From contig OU015567.1 in NCBI GenBank assembly GCA_907165135.1, forward strand, positions 4,836,001-4,900,000: 64,000 bases of DNA, given 5' to 3'. Made by a program: the position numbers and the translations under genes. The notes beneath the pieces are model-generated. The model ran no database searches. It was not told the DNA's origin and was given only the letters and a program-made list of their open reading frames with translations. Positions 50,801-61,311 of the stretch are shown in pieces (the stretch's first letter is position 1; every line of letters starts with the position of its first letter). Source of the DNA: Oikopleura dioica (taxonomy: Eukaryota; Animalia; Chordata).

Positions 50801-53800
50801 GGCCTATGAATTATGGTGAGAAAGACCGATATTATTGAAAAAGGGCCTTTCCTAAAGAACAGCTTCCGCCATTCTGACATGGATAATCTGAGCAAGGTGT
50901 TATTTCGCAAAGTTCACCGTTATAATTCTCCGCGCAACGGCACTCGAATCCATTTTCTCTCTCCTCATTATGGACGCACATAACCGCTCCAACTTCGCAA
51001 GGCTCGTCAAAGCAGGCATCTTGCTCGCAACGCTTTCCTGAGTAGAACCCGGGGCAGTCACAATCTGCGGTTCCAAATGTATCATTGTTTGAGCATGTTC
51101 CTCCATTAAAACAGGGAAAGCGCTCGCAAGGAGAAGTCTGGCAAAACGGTCCAAAGTAGCCAGGATCGCACAAGCACTCGGTATAATAGCTTTCTTCAGT
51201 AAGAACGAAGTTGCATTTGCCTTTGGAATTACACATATCATCTCCGATGGAATCGCAAGGGGTTACTTCGCAGTTCTTTCCATCAAAATCTCTCGGGCAC
51301 CCGCATCTATAATCATCTTCGAGTTCAATACAAGGCGCTCCGTATAAACATGGTTGTTCCAAACAAGGATTCGGAGTCAACGGAACACTGGGTACGAAGA
51401 AATCATTGAGAATTCGGACAGGGGCTGGGGCGAAATGGGATGTTGCCATGATCGCGATTGTCCCGACATTTGCGTCGAACTGCACTCGATCCCTTTCTTC
51501 TCCCTCAACTTCAACGATCAGGAAAAGCTGTTGACCGACAAACTTTGTTTTCAGAGTAAATCTCGTCGAGTAATCCGAGCTTATCGTGTATTTTGTCCCA
51601 AGGCATTGAGAAGCAGTGCAAATTTGAATCGATCCATCACTGCCTGTCTGCCAGACTGAGAACATGGTGCTTACGTAACTTGGGATGGAAACGATGTCGA
51701 TAATGTTGGCGGTTTCGCTGAGAGGAGCTGAGTCTTGTCTCAGGTCAAAACTCATTTCCCATGTTTGCTGGACGCTATCTACTCGCTGAAGCTGCTGATT
51801 TTGGGCAACCAAGATTCCTGGTGTTTCGGGAGGCGGAGGACCATCGATGGTATAAAGCTTCAAATGCCTTATCAGCCCGTCAAAAGGTCTGTAGCCACTT
51901 CGAGTCGAATAAATTTTTGCCCCTTCCAAGGTCGTTACGATCGTCTCACTTGTTCTATCAACTTCAATGTGATTTACGAAAATTATACCAATCGATTCTC
52001 CCTGCGAGTTTATGGTCTGTCTGTAGCGATAATTGACTGAATTCTCAGCTGGGATTGCTGCTTGACGGCATTCATTGATATAACAAGTGACGAAGCTTTC
52101 TTCTAGAGTTTCGGTATCCCAGCTTTTCCAGACTGAAAGTAAAAATGCTCCGTCTTGTCCTGTTATTTCCACGAAATTGACCCAAGAAGTAGGTAGCCCA
52201 CCTCCCTTATTCATTTGAAAAGACAATTCCCATTCGCTAGTAAGTGTCAGTCCGGAGGGCTCTAGTGGTGTCTCTGATGGAACTGGCTGGTGTTCAGGTA
52301 AGTCGAAAATAAGCGTCCTATTACTTTCGTCTTCATCGTCGCTTTGGAATTCAGAGTCGCCATTGTCATCGGCTCTCGCATCCCAGTTGAAATCGTTGAT
52401 CACGAGTGCTGGTGCTTTCGTCGGCGGAGGCGCCGTTTTTTCAGCCAGAAACGTTGCAAAATCAACCTCCTTCGCATCATACTCATAATCGTACTCCTCG
52501 TACTCTTCTTCCTCCACTCTAAAATTCGATTGAGCCAGCTCCTCATCTTCGCTCAAAATTTCATTCAAGAAAGAAGCCGGGTTTTCTTCAGCCACAAAAG
52601 TGTCATCAACAAGATTCATGAACTCGTTGCTCTCGCTGATCATCGAGAACTGATCCTCTGGCATGTCAAAAGATCTCACAAAAAGCGTCGCTCGAGTGTT
52701 TTTCTCGGGAATTTCAGACTCTTCGGATTCTTCGTACTCCAAGTCGTATTCTCGTTCTTCGGAGTATTCGAGGATTTCAGAGGGCTGGAAATCATAGAGG
52801 AAAATTTCAGAAGCCTCGGATTTTTCTGGGAAGGTATCGTGAAGAAGATAGGGATTTGTAGAGTCAGTAGAGTCAAAGAGAAGGTTTTCAGCGACTTCTT
52901 CTTCGCTTGCCATTTGAGCTGCTCTCTTTTTCGCCTCCATCATCGTCGAAAAAGCATAAATCGAAAACGCAAGTTTCTCAAAATCCCCAAATTGCAGATC
53001 GTACAGCGCTCCGAAGGTTTTATAGAGCAATCGATGAACTGACCGCATGCTTGTTATTTTAGTTACGAAAGGAAATTGAATGATGCTTTGGCAGAGAAGG
53101 TTGGTCTTCGCTTGGTTTTCTTTTTCGAGGAAGATGATCACCATTACTTTGAAGATTTCAGCGTCGGAGATTAATAATTGGTCGTAGCAATAATTATCAG
53201 CCTCTGTAAAACTGGGCTAGGCAAAGCTATGTAGAAAACCTGAGTCAGGGACCCTGAGTCAGGGTTCTGAAAAAGCTTTAATTAAAGTGGCGAGGTTTTT
53301 CAATCAAGCTTTATCAGGTCATGAGTCAGGACCCTGACTCAGGATTCTGACAAATCTGACTTCTGTGTAGAAAACCTGACTCAGGGTTCTGACAAAGCTA
53401 AAATAAAAAGCCTAATAGCTTTTCAATCAAGCTCTTTTAGGTCCTGAGTCAGAAATCTGAGTCAGGATTTCTGACTCAGGTTTTGATAACAGTTTTTCCG
53501 GACCCTGACTCAGGTTGTCAACACAGGTTGCCGAGCCCAGCTTTAAAAGCGACGATATCTGAAGACACTTCTCTTTGTAATGCAATCATCGAAGCAAAGT
53601 ATCTCGAAAAAGTAATGTCATCCGCCGTTTGACCAGAAAAGCTGCCCAGAATTGTGGATAGAAAACGCATCAGTTGGTCAAAATCGAGATCGGCATTCAT
53701 TCGCGAGTAAATGGAAGTGAAAATGAGCATAGTTGAAAACTCCGGATGCTCGGTCATTGGGGCGATTCTTGGGTCCTTGAGGAAAATTGCTCGGATTTTG

Positions 53801-55218
53801 AAAAAGTATCGGATTTCGAAAACAGAGAGGTCGATGGATTTGGGGTTCGGGAAGCCGGAATCGAGGAGGAAACGATAAATGATTCGCTGGAAAAGATGCT
53901 CTCGCGTGTATTCTCTTCTGACGAGGGAAAACAAACAGGCTTGGTCGCAGATCATTGGTGGAATTAAGAGGTCGGTAGTCGAAACAGGGTCGTTTTTGAC
54001 GATTTTGATCGCCTGCCCAGTAGAAAGAATTGTACTGGATTCGGTGTCGCAGCCGTTTTCGCAGAAAAGAAGATCGCTTCCAGAAGTGTGGGAGATTTCA
54101 AAGAGCTGGGAGTTTGTGCTTTTCTCGTTGCCCCAAGTTTGGATTGAAAAACCGTCAAGCTTTTTGAAAGAGCATGCTGAAATAACGGATTTTTCGGAAT
54201 CGTCATTTTTCGAGATGATTTTTTGCTGGTTCGCGAAGGAGAGTTCAAGATCGAGGGCGATGCGGGAAGACTCGATTTCGCCATTCTCTGATCGGATTAT
54301 TTTGTTGATGGGTTTGAAAAAGAAGCAGTGGACGATCTCTTTTTCCGCAGTTTTAAGAAATTTGTTGTATTGCTTTCTTGCTTTTGCGGCTGTTTCTTTT
54401 CCGTAGATTTGCTTCACTGCAGCAGAAAATGTCTCGATCGTCAATTTTTCGATATCAAAATCAGCTCTAGCCGCTGGTCGAAGATTTTCAACAAATTTTT
54501 CTTCCAGTTGATGACCTCTTGAATCGAGAAAGACTGAAACTTCAAGGAGAAACACGACGCTTGCGAATTCTTCCGACGATTTTTGCAAGGCAAGTTGAAA
54601 GCGTTCCTTTTCAGCAGGAGATAAAAATTTGGTGAGTTGAAATTTGAAGTTTTTGGCGGTTTTTTCTTGGTAAAGAATTTCGACCCAATCGGTGGTGATG
54701 ATCGGGATGAAAATGTTATCAAGCCCAGAGTGAAGATTTTCTACGAAATCGAGGAGCATTGATTGGAGATAACTTGGCTTGTACGCATTTTTCACGATGA
54801 AAAAATAATTTTCTTCCAAAAACTCGCCAAAGGGCACATTTTTCCCGATATTACGGAGCTTTTCTTTCGTAAAATCGGTTGATTTGAGACTCCACTTTTC
54901 AAAATTGTCGATAACTTCTTCAGAAAGGGTGGCAAAGCCAGAATTTTCGGGGGAAATGAGCGAGTATTGCTCGAGAATTTCATGCGCGAGGCGGAGGTTT
55001 TTGCTGTTGTTGAGCTGAAAAGCTTTTTTGTTTTTTCTAACGCGGACAAAAAAGTCATCCGGCCGGGGATTTTCTTCGATTATTCTCTCGATAAATTTTA
55101 AATCTTCTCTGCCAAGTTTTTTTCTGAAAAAATCTCTGGAAATTAATCTCTGCGCCTCTTTTAGGCCAAAACAGTTTCTTTCCGGTATCAACAAAAATAC
55201 GAAAAAATAGAACATCAT
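38801..55218 (-). CDS. Giant secreted EGF-repeat protein (~3,700 aa; roughly 50-60 EGF-like modules, three LamG/ConA-like beta-sandwich domains, acidic Tyr-rich linkers, no TM segment)
   Basis: Signal-peptide ORF 55218-53541 joins in frame to 53203-~50845 once the MITE and one TSD copy are removed. Further exons ~50790-50176, ~48975-48610, ~48475-48185, 44769-~39812, ~39783-39254, ~39213-38982, ~38940-38801. Repeated C-x3/5-C..NGG.C..C.C..G(F/Y).G..C. Joining the first ORF is inferred. Confidence 0.8.
44850..44898 (-). ncRNA. Minimal type I hammerhead ribozyme (inverted pLTR copy)
   Basis: Exact reverse complement of the motif at 45205-45253. Confidence 0.8.
45205..45253 (+). ncRNA. Minimal type I hammerhead ribozyme in the 5' pLTR
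   Basis: Stem I GGCU/AGCC; core CUGAUGA; extra U; stem II GGAA/UUCC with loop UUUCUG; GAAA; palindromic stem III AACGUU; predicted cleavage after UUA at 45246. Confidence 0.85.
45281..47770 (+). CDS. Penelope polyprotein: reverse transcriptase + C-terminal GIY-YIG endonuclease, with two 1-nt frameshifts (~45376, ~45722)
   Basis: RT motifs FDIEKMYPSV, GLSMGDSISPKLANFYL, YRRYLDD, KFLD; GIY-YIG NVVYSFKCRCGEEYIGES..RIRDH. The N-terminus MSINDSNNGYRHRIKRLENL..EHR[fs]FLSNCVSDQLLPNF is recovered by correcting two homopolymer indels. Confidence 0.9.
47954..48002 (+). ncRNA. Minimal type I hammerhead ribozyme in the 3' pLTR
   Basis: Identical to the 5' copy; predicted cleavage after 47995, immediately upstream of AATAAA. 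Confidence 0.85.
48496..48595. repeat. (TATAA)n microsatellite, ~20 units, intronic
   Basis: Perfect pentamer array inside a short intron of the EGF gene. Confidence 0.95.
49149..49352 (+). CDS. Nested small secreted Cys-pair peptide A (exons 49149-49239, 49285-49352)
   Basis: MRLSYLIFLLFGIQGKFIFGGFYDAICARS|DYRRAYPEDCQRRKNGFGWRIQ*; 45-nt GT-AG phase-1 intron; AATAAA at the stop. Confidence 0.8.
49469..49675 (+). CDS. Nested small secreted Cys-pair peptide B (exons 49469-49556, 49602-49675)
   Basis: MRFFYVFLLFGIQGKFIFERFYDAICARQ|DYRIAYPEDCQSGANKFSWQIHYK*; 45-nt GT-AG intron at the homologous position. Confidence 0.8.
   Translation: MRFFYVFLLFGIQGKFIFERFYDAICARQGLKKLFSDLIYFLSSDYRIAYPEDCQSGANKFSWQIHYK
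49939..50140 (+). CDS. Nested small secreted Cys-pair peptide C (exons 49939-50026, 50070-50140)
   Basis: MKILLPFFFSAISGKFAFGGFYYAICNKE|DYRQAYPEDCQRMKGNPNEWKIL*; 43-nt GT-AG intron at the homologous position. Confidence 0.8.
53212..53540. mobile_element. MITE family A copy between two coding exons of the EGF gene, with an 8-bp near-identical TSD
   Basis: CTGGGCTAGGC...GTTGCCGAGCCCAG termini; flanks CTGTAAAA (53204-53211) and CTTTAAAA (53541-53548); nine TGA(G/C)TCA motifs inside. Confidence 0.85.
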
Positions 55219-55527
55219 TTTCTTTTTTTCGTCCTTTTCTAGTGATCTTTTTTTTTGAGAATATTCTTGTCGTGTCAGATTGTTACGTTCATAGCATATC
55301 GCCTAAGGGATGCAGATTACAATTTATCTTTTGGATTATGGCCTTGTTTATTTTGGGGAATAATATGAAAAACTGGGGAAATTAGAGCAATTTCTGTTGA
55401 ATGTTTCTTTATTTTTCGTGATAATTTCAGCTTCTCAAGAGCTTGACATCAAAACTTTTGATGCAACTTTAAGTGCAAGATCTTTAAATTTATCATCAGA
55501 TGAAAAGTTATGAAATCAAAAAGAAAT

Positions 55528-57378
55528 TTATAATTTCAGAAACAGCAGAAAAATCAACAGATTTAAATTCATAAGAATAACCGAAGATTTCGAAGTGGTT
55601 GTTTGAATCAAGCTTGCCGGCGTGTTTTCTTTATTTTCTTGACTGACCGTACTATGATGATCAGCTTCGAAAGTCGACATGGTCTTTTCCGTCGTTTCAA
55701 AAAAGAAAGGTGTCGTTTCAGGAATCGTGAAAGGCGTCTTTGTTGCCTTGAAGAATTGAGAAAATCGAGTAATGTTTCGGACATCATTGACGATTTCTTG
55801 AAGACCCTTCATGTTTTCGGTGAAGGTTTCGATCAGCTCGTTTTCAGGAAGGAGAAATCCATTGAGACCTTTGTCTCGGAGCTCGATTGTGTAAGAAATT
55901 GGCACTCCTGAATCAATTTTTAGGAGACATGGGGAGAAGGGTTCTCGAAGCCAATAAGAGGCCAGTATTATTTTTTCAGCCAATCAAAGACAAGAAGCCC
56001 CCACAACACCCGAGCTTTTGTCCAATTAGCCGGAGGAAGTTAACCACAATTTAAATCATACCTTGATTATGAATCCAGTCATCAGATCCCCCAGAAGCTG
56101 CATAAAACGCCACTGCCCCTTCGCCATAAGAATATTCCCTCCCATGTTCTTGATAAATAGCTTTGCTCATTCTCAAAGCGAGTGATTTCAAGGCATCTTT
56201 GTAAGGAGAGTTCCGTTTAATCGACGCCGAATAAGGGTAGATGATGAACTCGGAATAGGCGTGGTAACTGACAAAGGCGATTTTGGTCTCGATCTTCATC
56301 GCATAATCGCGAAAAGCAGCGCCTAAAACATGAGTTCTCGCGATAAAAGGGGGATCTTACTTTCTGGCTCGGAAAAAGGAGCGCTTCCACCAAAGGTTTC
56401 TCCACAAGGACTTTCAGAAGTCGAATGCTTTCCCCATTCAATATCAAAGTTTCGATTGAGATCGACTCCATGGCAAGGACTGTCGCGAATAATCCGACGA
56501 TTTTTTCGCCAAAATCGGTTGAATCTCCAAGAAAATCTCACAAAAGATAGAAAAACGCGGGACTTGGTTCCTTTTCCCCCTAATTTCTATCCTTCCTGTA
56601 TCCGTCCGGATTCATCATCGGAAAAATGACCCACCTGATTCCATCCCTTTCCCAATTTTTCGACAAAATCTGATCGATTAAAAACGGGCAAAAGGCGACG
56701 GAAACCCACTCTCTCGCGTGAATTCCGCATTCGATCAAAATCGCTGGGTCTTCTTCCTCGCCAATGTCGATCACCTGCAGCGGGCGTTTTTCATAGCTCT
56801 GGCCGTAGGTCTTTACCACTCGTTCTGGCAGCGTCTTTAACCAGTCTTGAATTTCTTTGAGCGTGTGATAGACTCCGAAATCAAAGTGCTCTCTTGTTGA
56901 CCCAAAGGACTTTCCCGTTGCTCCGGAGAAGCAGGAAAAACAGGTGTTGTAAATCAAGCCCTTGATGTTTGAATTTTTTTCGGTCGAAATGTTGTGTTTG
57001 TCGAAAAAGTCGTCAAGTTGGGAGGATGAAAAAGCATTGACAGTGAAGAAAACGGAATCTGCATCGTCAATCGATCGAATTTCGCCTTAGTTTAAAAAAT
57101 AAGGGTGTCACAGTGAAAAAATTTATTGATAAAGTCAACAAAAAAGATGGGTTTTTCTCCTTAAAATCGTAAAATATCTCTTTACCTGGCCGAATCCACT
57201 GAATTTCAAAGCCCTTCTCAATCTCCCCGACTTTCTCTTTCACATAATCACATGTCAAATTGACAGTATACCCAACAAGTTTCGACTGAAACGAGTTTCT
57301 TCGCATCATTCTGTCCTCGATAAAATCACAGTTGCATTTTCTCATCAAGAAAAAAACTACCAGTAAGCCGATGATCAT
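55528..57378 (-). CDS. M14A zinc carboxypeptidase (A/B-like) with prodomain, Thr-rich stalk and hydrophobic C-terminus (possible GPI anchor)
   Basis: Signal MIIGLLVVFFLM; YHTLKEIQDWL; GIHAREW; NPDGY; WRKNRR..CHGVDLNRNF; FSEPES; SYHAYS; ASGGSDDW; YTIELRDKG..GFLLP; C-terminal VILMNLNLLIFLLFLKL. Confidence 0.92.
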
Positions 57379-57883
57379 TTTTTTTTCTGAAAAAAGTAAA
57401 CATGGAAAGTGGGAGCCTCCTTTTGGCTTGGAACTTGATTGAATTATTAATTCTAGCTTTGCAAATTGCAGCAGCGCAGCTTTGCCGTAGACTCTTATTT
57501 GGTCGCCCAAAAGGGTTGAATAGAATGGAGACTTGGGGATCTTTTTTCGCTCATTTTTCTTTAAAATTTCATGAACACTTTGGTAGATGACGTCAATTTT
57601 TCCATTTGTCGAAAATGAAAAGTAAAAGTAGCAAAACGAGCCTAAATAAATACCGTCGTTTTCCATCTTTAGAGCGTTTTTCAGATGACAAGGGTAGACC
57701 AAAACGCTCTTAAGTTGGAAAATTTACGATTAAACTAGGATGACAGTGGGAAAAAATGATGAATGAAAATGCATAAAATGAATTTTTTCAAAAATTCCTA
57801 AAAACGCTCTAAAGTTGGTATTTTTTCAGATGACAAAATATGGAAAATATTGGCAAAAACGCTCTTAAGTTGGGCGCTCTTAA

Positions 57884-58571
57884 GGGATCCCCCCCCGATT
57901 TCGCCAACTTTGACGTCGAACTACTTTTTTCTGGGCTTACCTTTTTAAATAGTTAATGGCTCATTTTGAAGCCCGCTTCTCAATGAACAAACTCTAGTAC
58001 AGAAAAAAATTTTCATAAGGGGAAACACCTCGAAAAAGCGGGCTGAATACATAGATACTCGCGAAAACCCCCGTTTTGGGCCTTTTTCAAAGTCGAACTA
58101 GTTTTTTTTGCTCTTATATAGAGCCCTAAATCAATTTTTATTTTCTTTCTTGATCCCTTATCTACAATCTCTAGTACAGAGAAATCGTTTGGTCAAGTGA
58201 GAAAAATTTTTTCTTAAGAAAAACTTTTTGATGCCATTTTGGCCCTTTTCTCGCTCTAAATTGCTCTCTAGCGCCGATATATGGCCGAAAATTCGAATGC
58301 GGTTATCAGATTCTTACTCAGTGCACTGTAAGCGTTCGATAGATCCCTTAAACGTCTATTTTCGATGACATCGAAAAGTCGAAAAAATTGCGATTTTCAC
58401 GCTAAGTACAAATTACATGCATTTTTATGATTTTCGAGGGTCAAAATTTTGGGTAAAGATGCTCGTAAGGGGGACATATAATATATCAAAATGATCCTCA
58501 GAACACGGGGATTCTAAAAATGCCGCTTAGACATCTATCATAAAGACTTGAGAAATCGGGGGGGGGATCCC
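57884..58571. mobile_element. Non-autonomous Kolobok-like element (TTAA TSD, GG...CC termini), 688 bp
   Basis: TTAA at 57880-57883 and 58572-58575; ~19-bp TIR GGGATC(C)nGATTTC / GAAATC(G)nATCCC. Confidence 0.8.
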
Positions 58572-58734
58572 TTAAGATGGAAAACCACGGTAGCTTTTTA
58601 GGAAAATTAACGACATAAGGCTTTTTTTTTTAAGCGGAGCGTAACTCTGAGTAATGTAAGAAGCAGTGGGCGTTCTGTTCATACAAATACACAGTAGGAG
58701 CTGAATTTATAATTCTGAAAGGAAAAGCTGCAAA

Positions 58735-59849
58735 ATGGGATTTGACGCCCTGATAGACAATTCTGAGAGAAGTTCGGTGGTAGAAAATCTAAAGGATGAA
58801 ATTAACTGCTCGATTTGTTGCTCTATCTTTGAGGTAAAACTATTTGCTCATCCTTTAACCTGTGTAGAAAACCTGAGTCAGGATCCTTTTACTCCTTGGC
58901 TTTTTGAGTTTTAGCTTTATTTGAGCCCTGATTCAGGTTTTCATTGCTAAATCAAATTTTTCTTTTGAAGGATCCGATGAAATTAGACTGCTGCGATGGT
59001 CATCTTTGCAAAATTTGCTTCAACGATGTCAAGAAAAAATTTCAAAACTGCCCTCTTTGCCGAAAAACGAATTTCACCGCGAAACACTCACGGCTCATGG
59101 TGACTGTTCTGAGCCAGCTGAAACTTCTCTGTCCTGCGAAAGAGTGTAAAGAATCCGTGGCTTATTCCAGCTTCGCGAATCACAAGAAAACCTGCCCGGC
59201 TTTGAACAAAAAGCCCTGTCCGGAATGCAAGAAGCTCTACTGGAAAAATGACTTTCAAGAGCATTTTGAATGCTTTTCGAAAATTGCTTCAGCGAACGAA
59301 AATATGAAGAAAAAAGAAGCAGCAAATTTGTTCAAGATCAAAAATTTTGAAACAAAAAAAAAGTCCTTCACAGCGAAAAATAAGGAGCTTCAAAACAAAA
59401 TCAAAACTCTGGAGCAATCAGCCACGGTTTCAAAAGAGGCGGAGCTAAAAATCGAGCGACAGAAGAAAGAAATCGCGATGTTTCATGAGAAAATCAAGAA
59501 GCATCAAAATGAGACAACCAAAAGACTTGCTGACCAAAAGAAGTCATTCAACAAAGAAAGCGGAGAGCGAAAGAATGAAATCAACAATTTGAAGCAAGAA
59601 ATTAAAAATCTTGAAAAAAGAAATGCCCAAAAAATTGACACCTCGGACTATTTGAATAATGAACTCACGGTCGAAAATTGGAATCTGACTGAAGAAAACG
59701 AAGACTACAAAAGACAACTTCAAGAAACAAAGATTGCGCTAGAAAGGTCAGACAAGAGCTATGCCCAGCTTTGTCAAAAACACAGTCAGTTGAAAGCCGA
59801 CTACGATGAATTGAAAAAACAAAGACGAGGATTATTCAATCTTTTTTGA
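58735..59849 (+). CDS. RING-finger + TRAF/SINA-type zinc-finger + coiled-coil protein (putative E3 ligase, no MATH domain); exons 58735-58833 and 58971-59849
   Basis: CSICCSIFE|DPMKLDCCDGHLCKICF..CPLCR (RING), then CPAKEC..HKKTC and CPEC..H..C, then ~170 aa of coiled coil. GT-AG intron 58834-58970. Confidence 0.88.
58855..58945. mobile_element. MITE family A short copy in the RING gene intron
   Basis: AACCTGTGTAGAAAACCTGAGTCAGG ... CCCTGATTCAGGTTTTC. Confidence 0.75.
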
Positions 59850-60120
59850 ATGCCTAAATGAATGATTTTTCTTAAAAAATCAATCTAAGTAATGAAAAAT
59901 AAAGTTCAAAAAGCTGTCTTTGAGTCTGATTTGTGTGTAAGAAAGCACAGGAAGCCGCCGCAAAGCTCGCAGAATTAGTCGCAAAATAAGGTCACATCGC
60001 GTCGCTGCCATTTTGAGCTTCACGGCGAATCATTGAAGCCCTACTTTACTCCGCGCACTTGCATTTTAGAAGGCATTCAGGTCATTTTTTTCGGAAGAGA
60101 GAAAGTGGGGCGGAAAAGAT

Positions 60121-60320
60121 ATGAAAATCAGGTAAAAGCAAAAAGATGGAAAATCCGTTGAAGAGAAATATTCAGTTTCCGATTCCAAATCGCCATTTTC
60201 GCGCTCTTTTCCCTGGCAACCGCGAAACCTACTAGAAGAAAATCAAGAAGCAGAAAGCTTAATGTTTGGGACTTCGATTACATCAATAATTTCAACGTTG
60301 TTCCTGACCGAAAACTGTAA
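60121..60320 (+). CDS. 51-aa secreted peptide precursor (exons 60121-60131, 60176-60320)
   Basis: MKIS|FRFQIAIFALFSLATA-KPTRRKSRSRK-LNVWDFDYINNFNVVPDRKL*; 44-nt GT-AG intron; AATAAA at 60332. Confidence 0.55.
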
Positions 60321-60361
60321 ATTAACCATCGAATAAATGCAAGAAAAATGAAAAGAACAAT

Positions 60362-61311
60362 TTATTCTAAAGAAGAGGCGATGAATTTTTTGAAGTCTTC
60401 TAGAGATCGATCTCCTTGGTATTTGATCGGAGCAGTTTTTTCCCCGTTTTTGAAGAGCAAAACTGTCGGGAATCCCTGGACCAGATCTTTGTACGATTCA
60501 AACTCTGAAAAAGAAATAAGTCTAGAGCTTTCTTTTCGTGTTTTTACCGATTTCATTCGCAGTAACATCGATATCGCCAATCACAAGTGCGTCGTTTTCG
60601 TTTTGCTCCGCGAACTCGACCCAAGTTGGAGCCATATTTTTACAGTGGGGGCACCAAGGAGCGTAAAACTTCACGAGAACATGCTTTTCAGACTCGAAAA
60701 CGAGCTCGTTGAAGGTTTTGCCAACGATTTTGAGCATTTTTCCTTGCTCTGATGGAATTTCTTCGGATCGTGGAATCTTAAAATTTATCCCCATAAACCC
60801 CCTTATTGATAGTAAACTTACATGGAGCATTTTCTGAACGATGGCCAAGCTCTCAAGTGGACCCGAGTAGTCGCTCTTGACTTCGCCATTTTCGAAAATT
60901 TTCAATGTCGGAAAACCTTCGATTTCGTATTTTCCGCAAATTTCCTTGTTGATTTCAGCGTCGCAGTCGATTTTCGCAATTTGAATTCCTTCGTCTTTCA
61001 ACTGATCCGCGGCGAGGTCATATTCAGGTCTGAGTTTCTTGCAATGGCCGCACCAAGGAGCGTAAAATTCAACCAACGATTCTTTTCCAGCGACAAAAGC
61101 ATCGAAAGTCGAATGATCTTTTTCGTGATTTTCTAGCTCTGAAACCTTTTCTAGCGCTTTGAAAAACCGTTCCTAGTACAACAACGTTCGATCTAAAATC
61201 TTGCCATTTCTCTGCAACAAAACCAGACACGTCAAAAGGGAAAACTGCTCTCAGAAAAACCAAAAAGACGCCGAAAATTCCAACAAAAACCGCTTTGGTA
61301 GAAGTCTCCAA
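60362..61311 (-). CDS. Protein disulfide-isomerase-like protein with two adjacent catalytic thioredoxin domains
   Basis: VEFYAPWCGHC..GFPTLKIF and VKFYAPWCPHC..GFPTVLLF; hydrophobic N-terminal segment; three short introns, the first probably GA-AG at 61139-61172. Confidence 0.88.
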
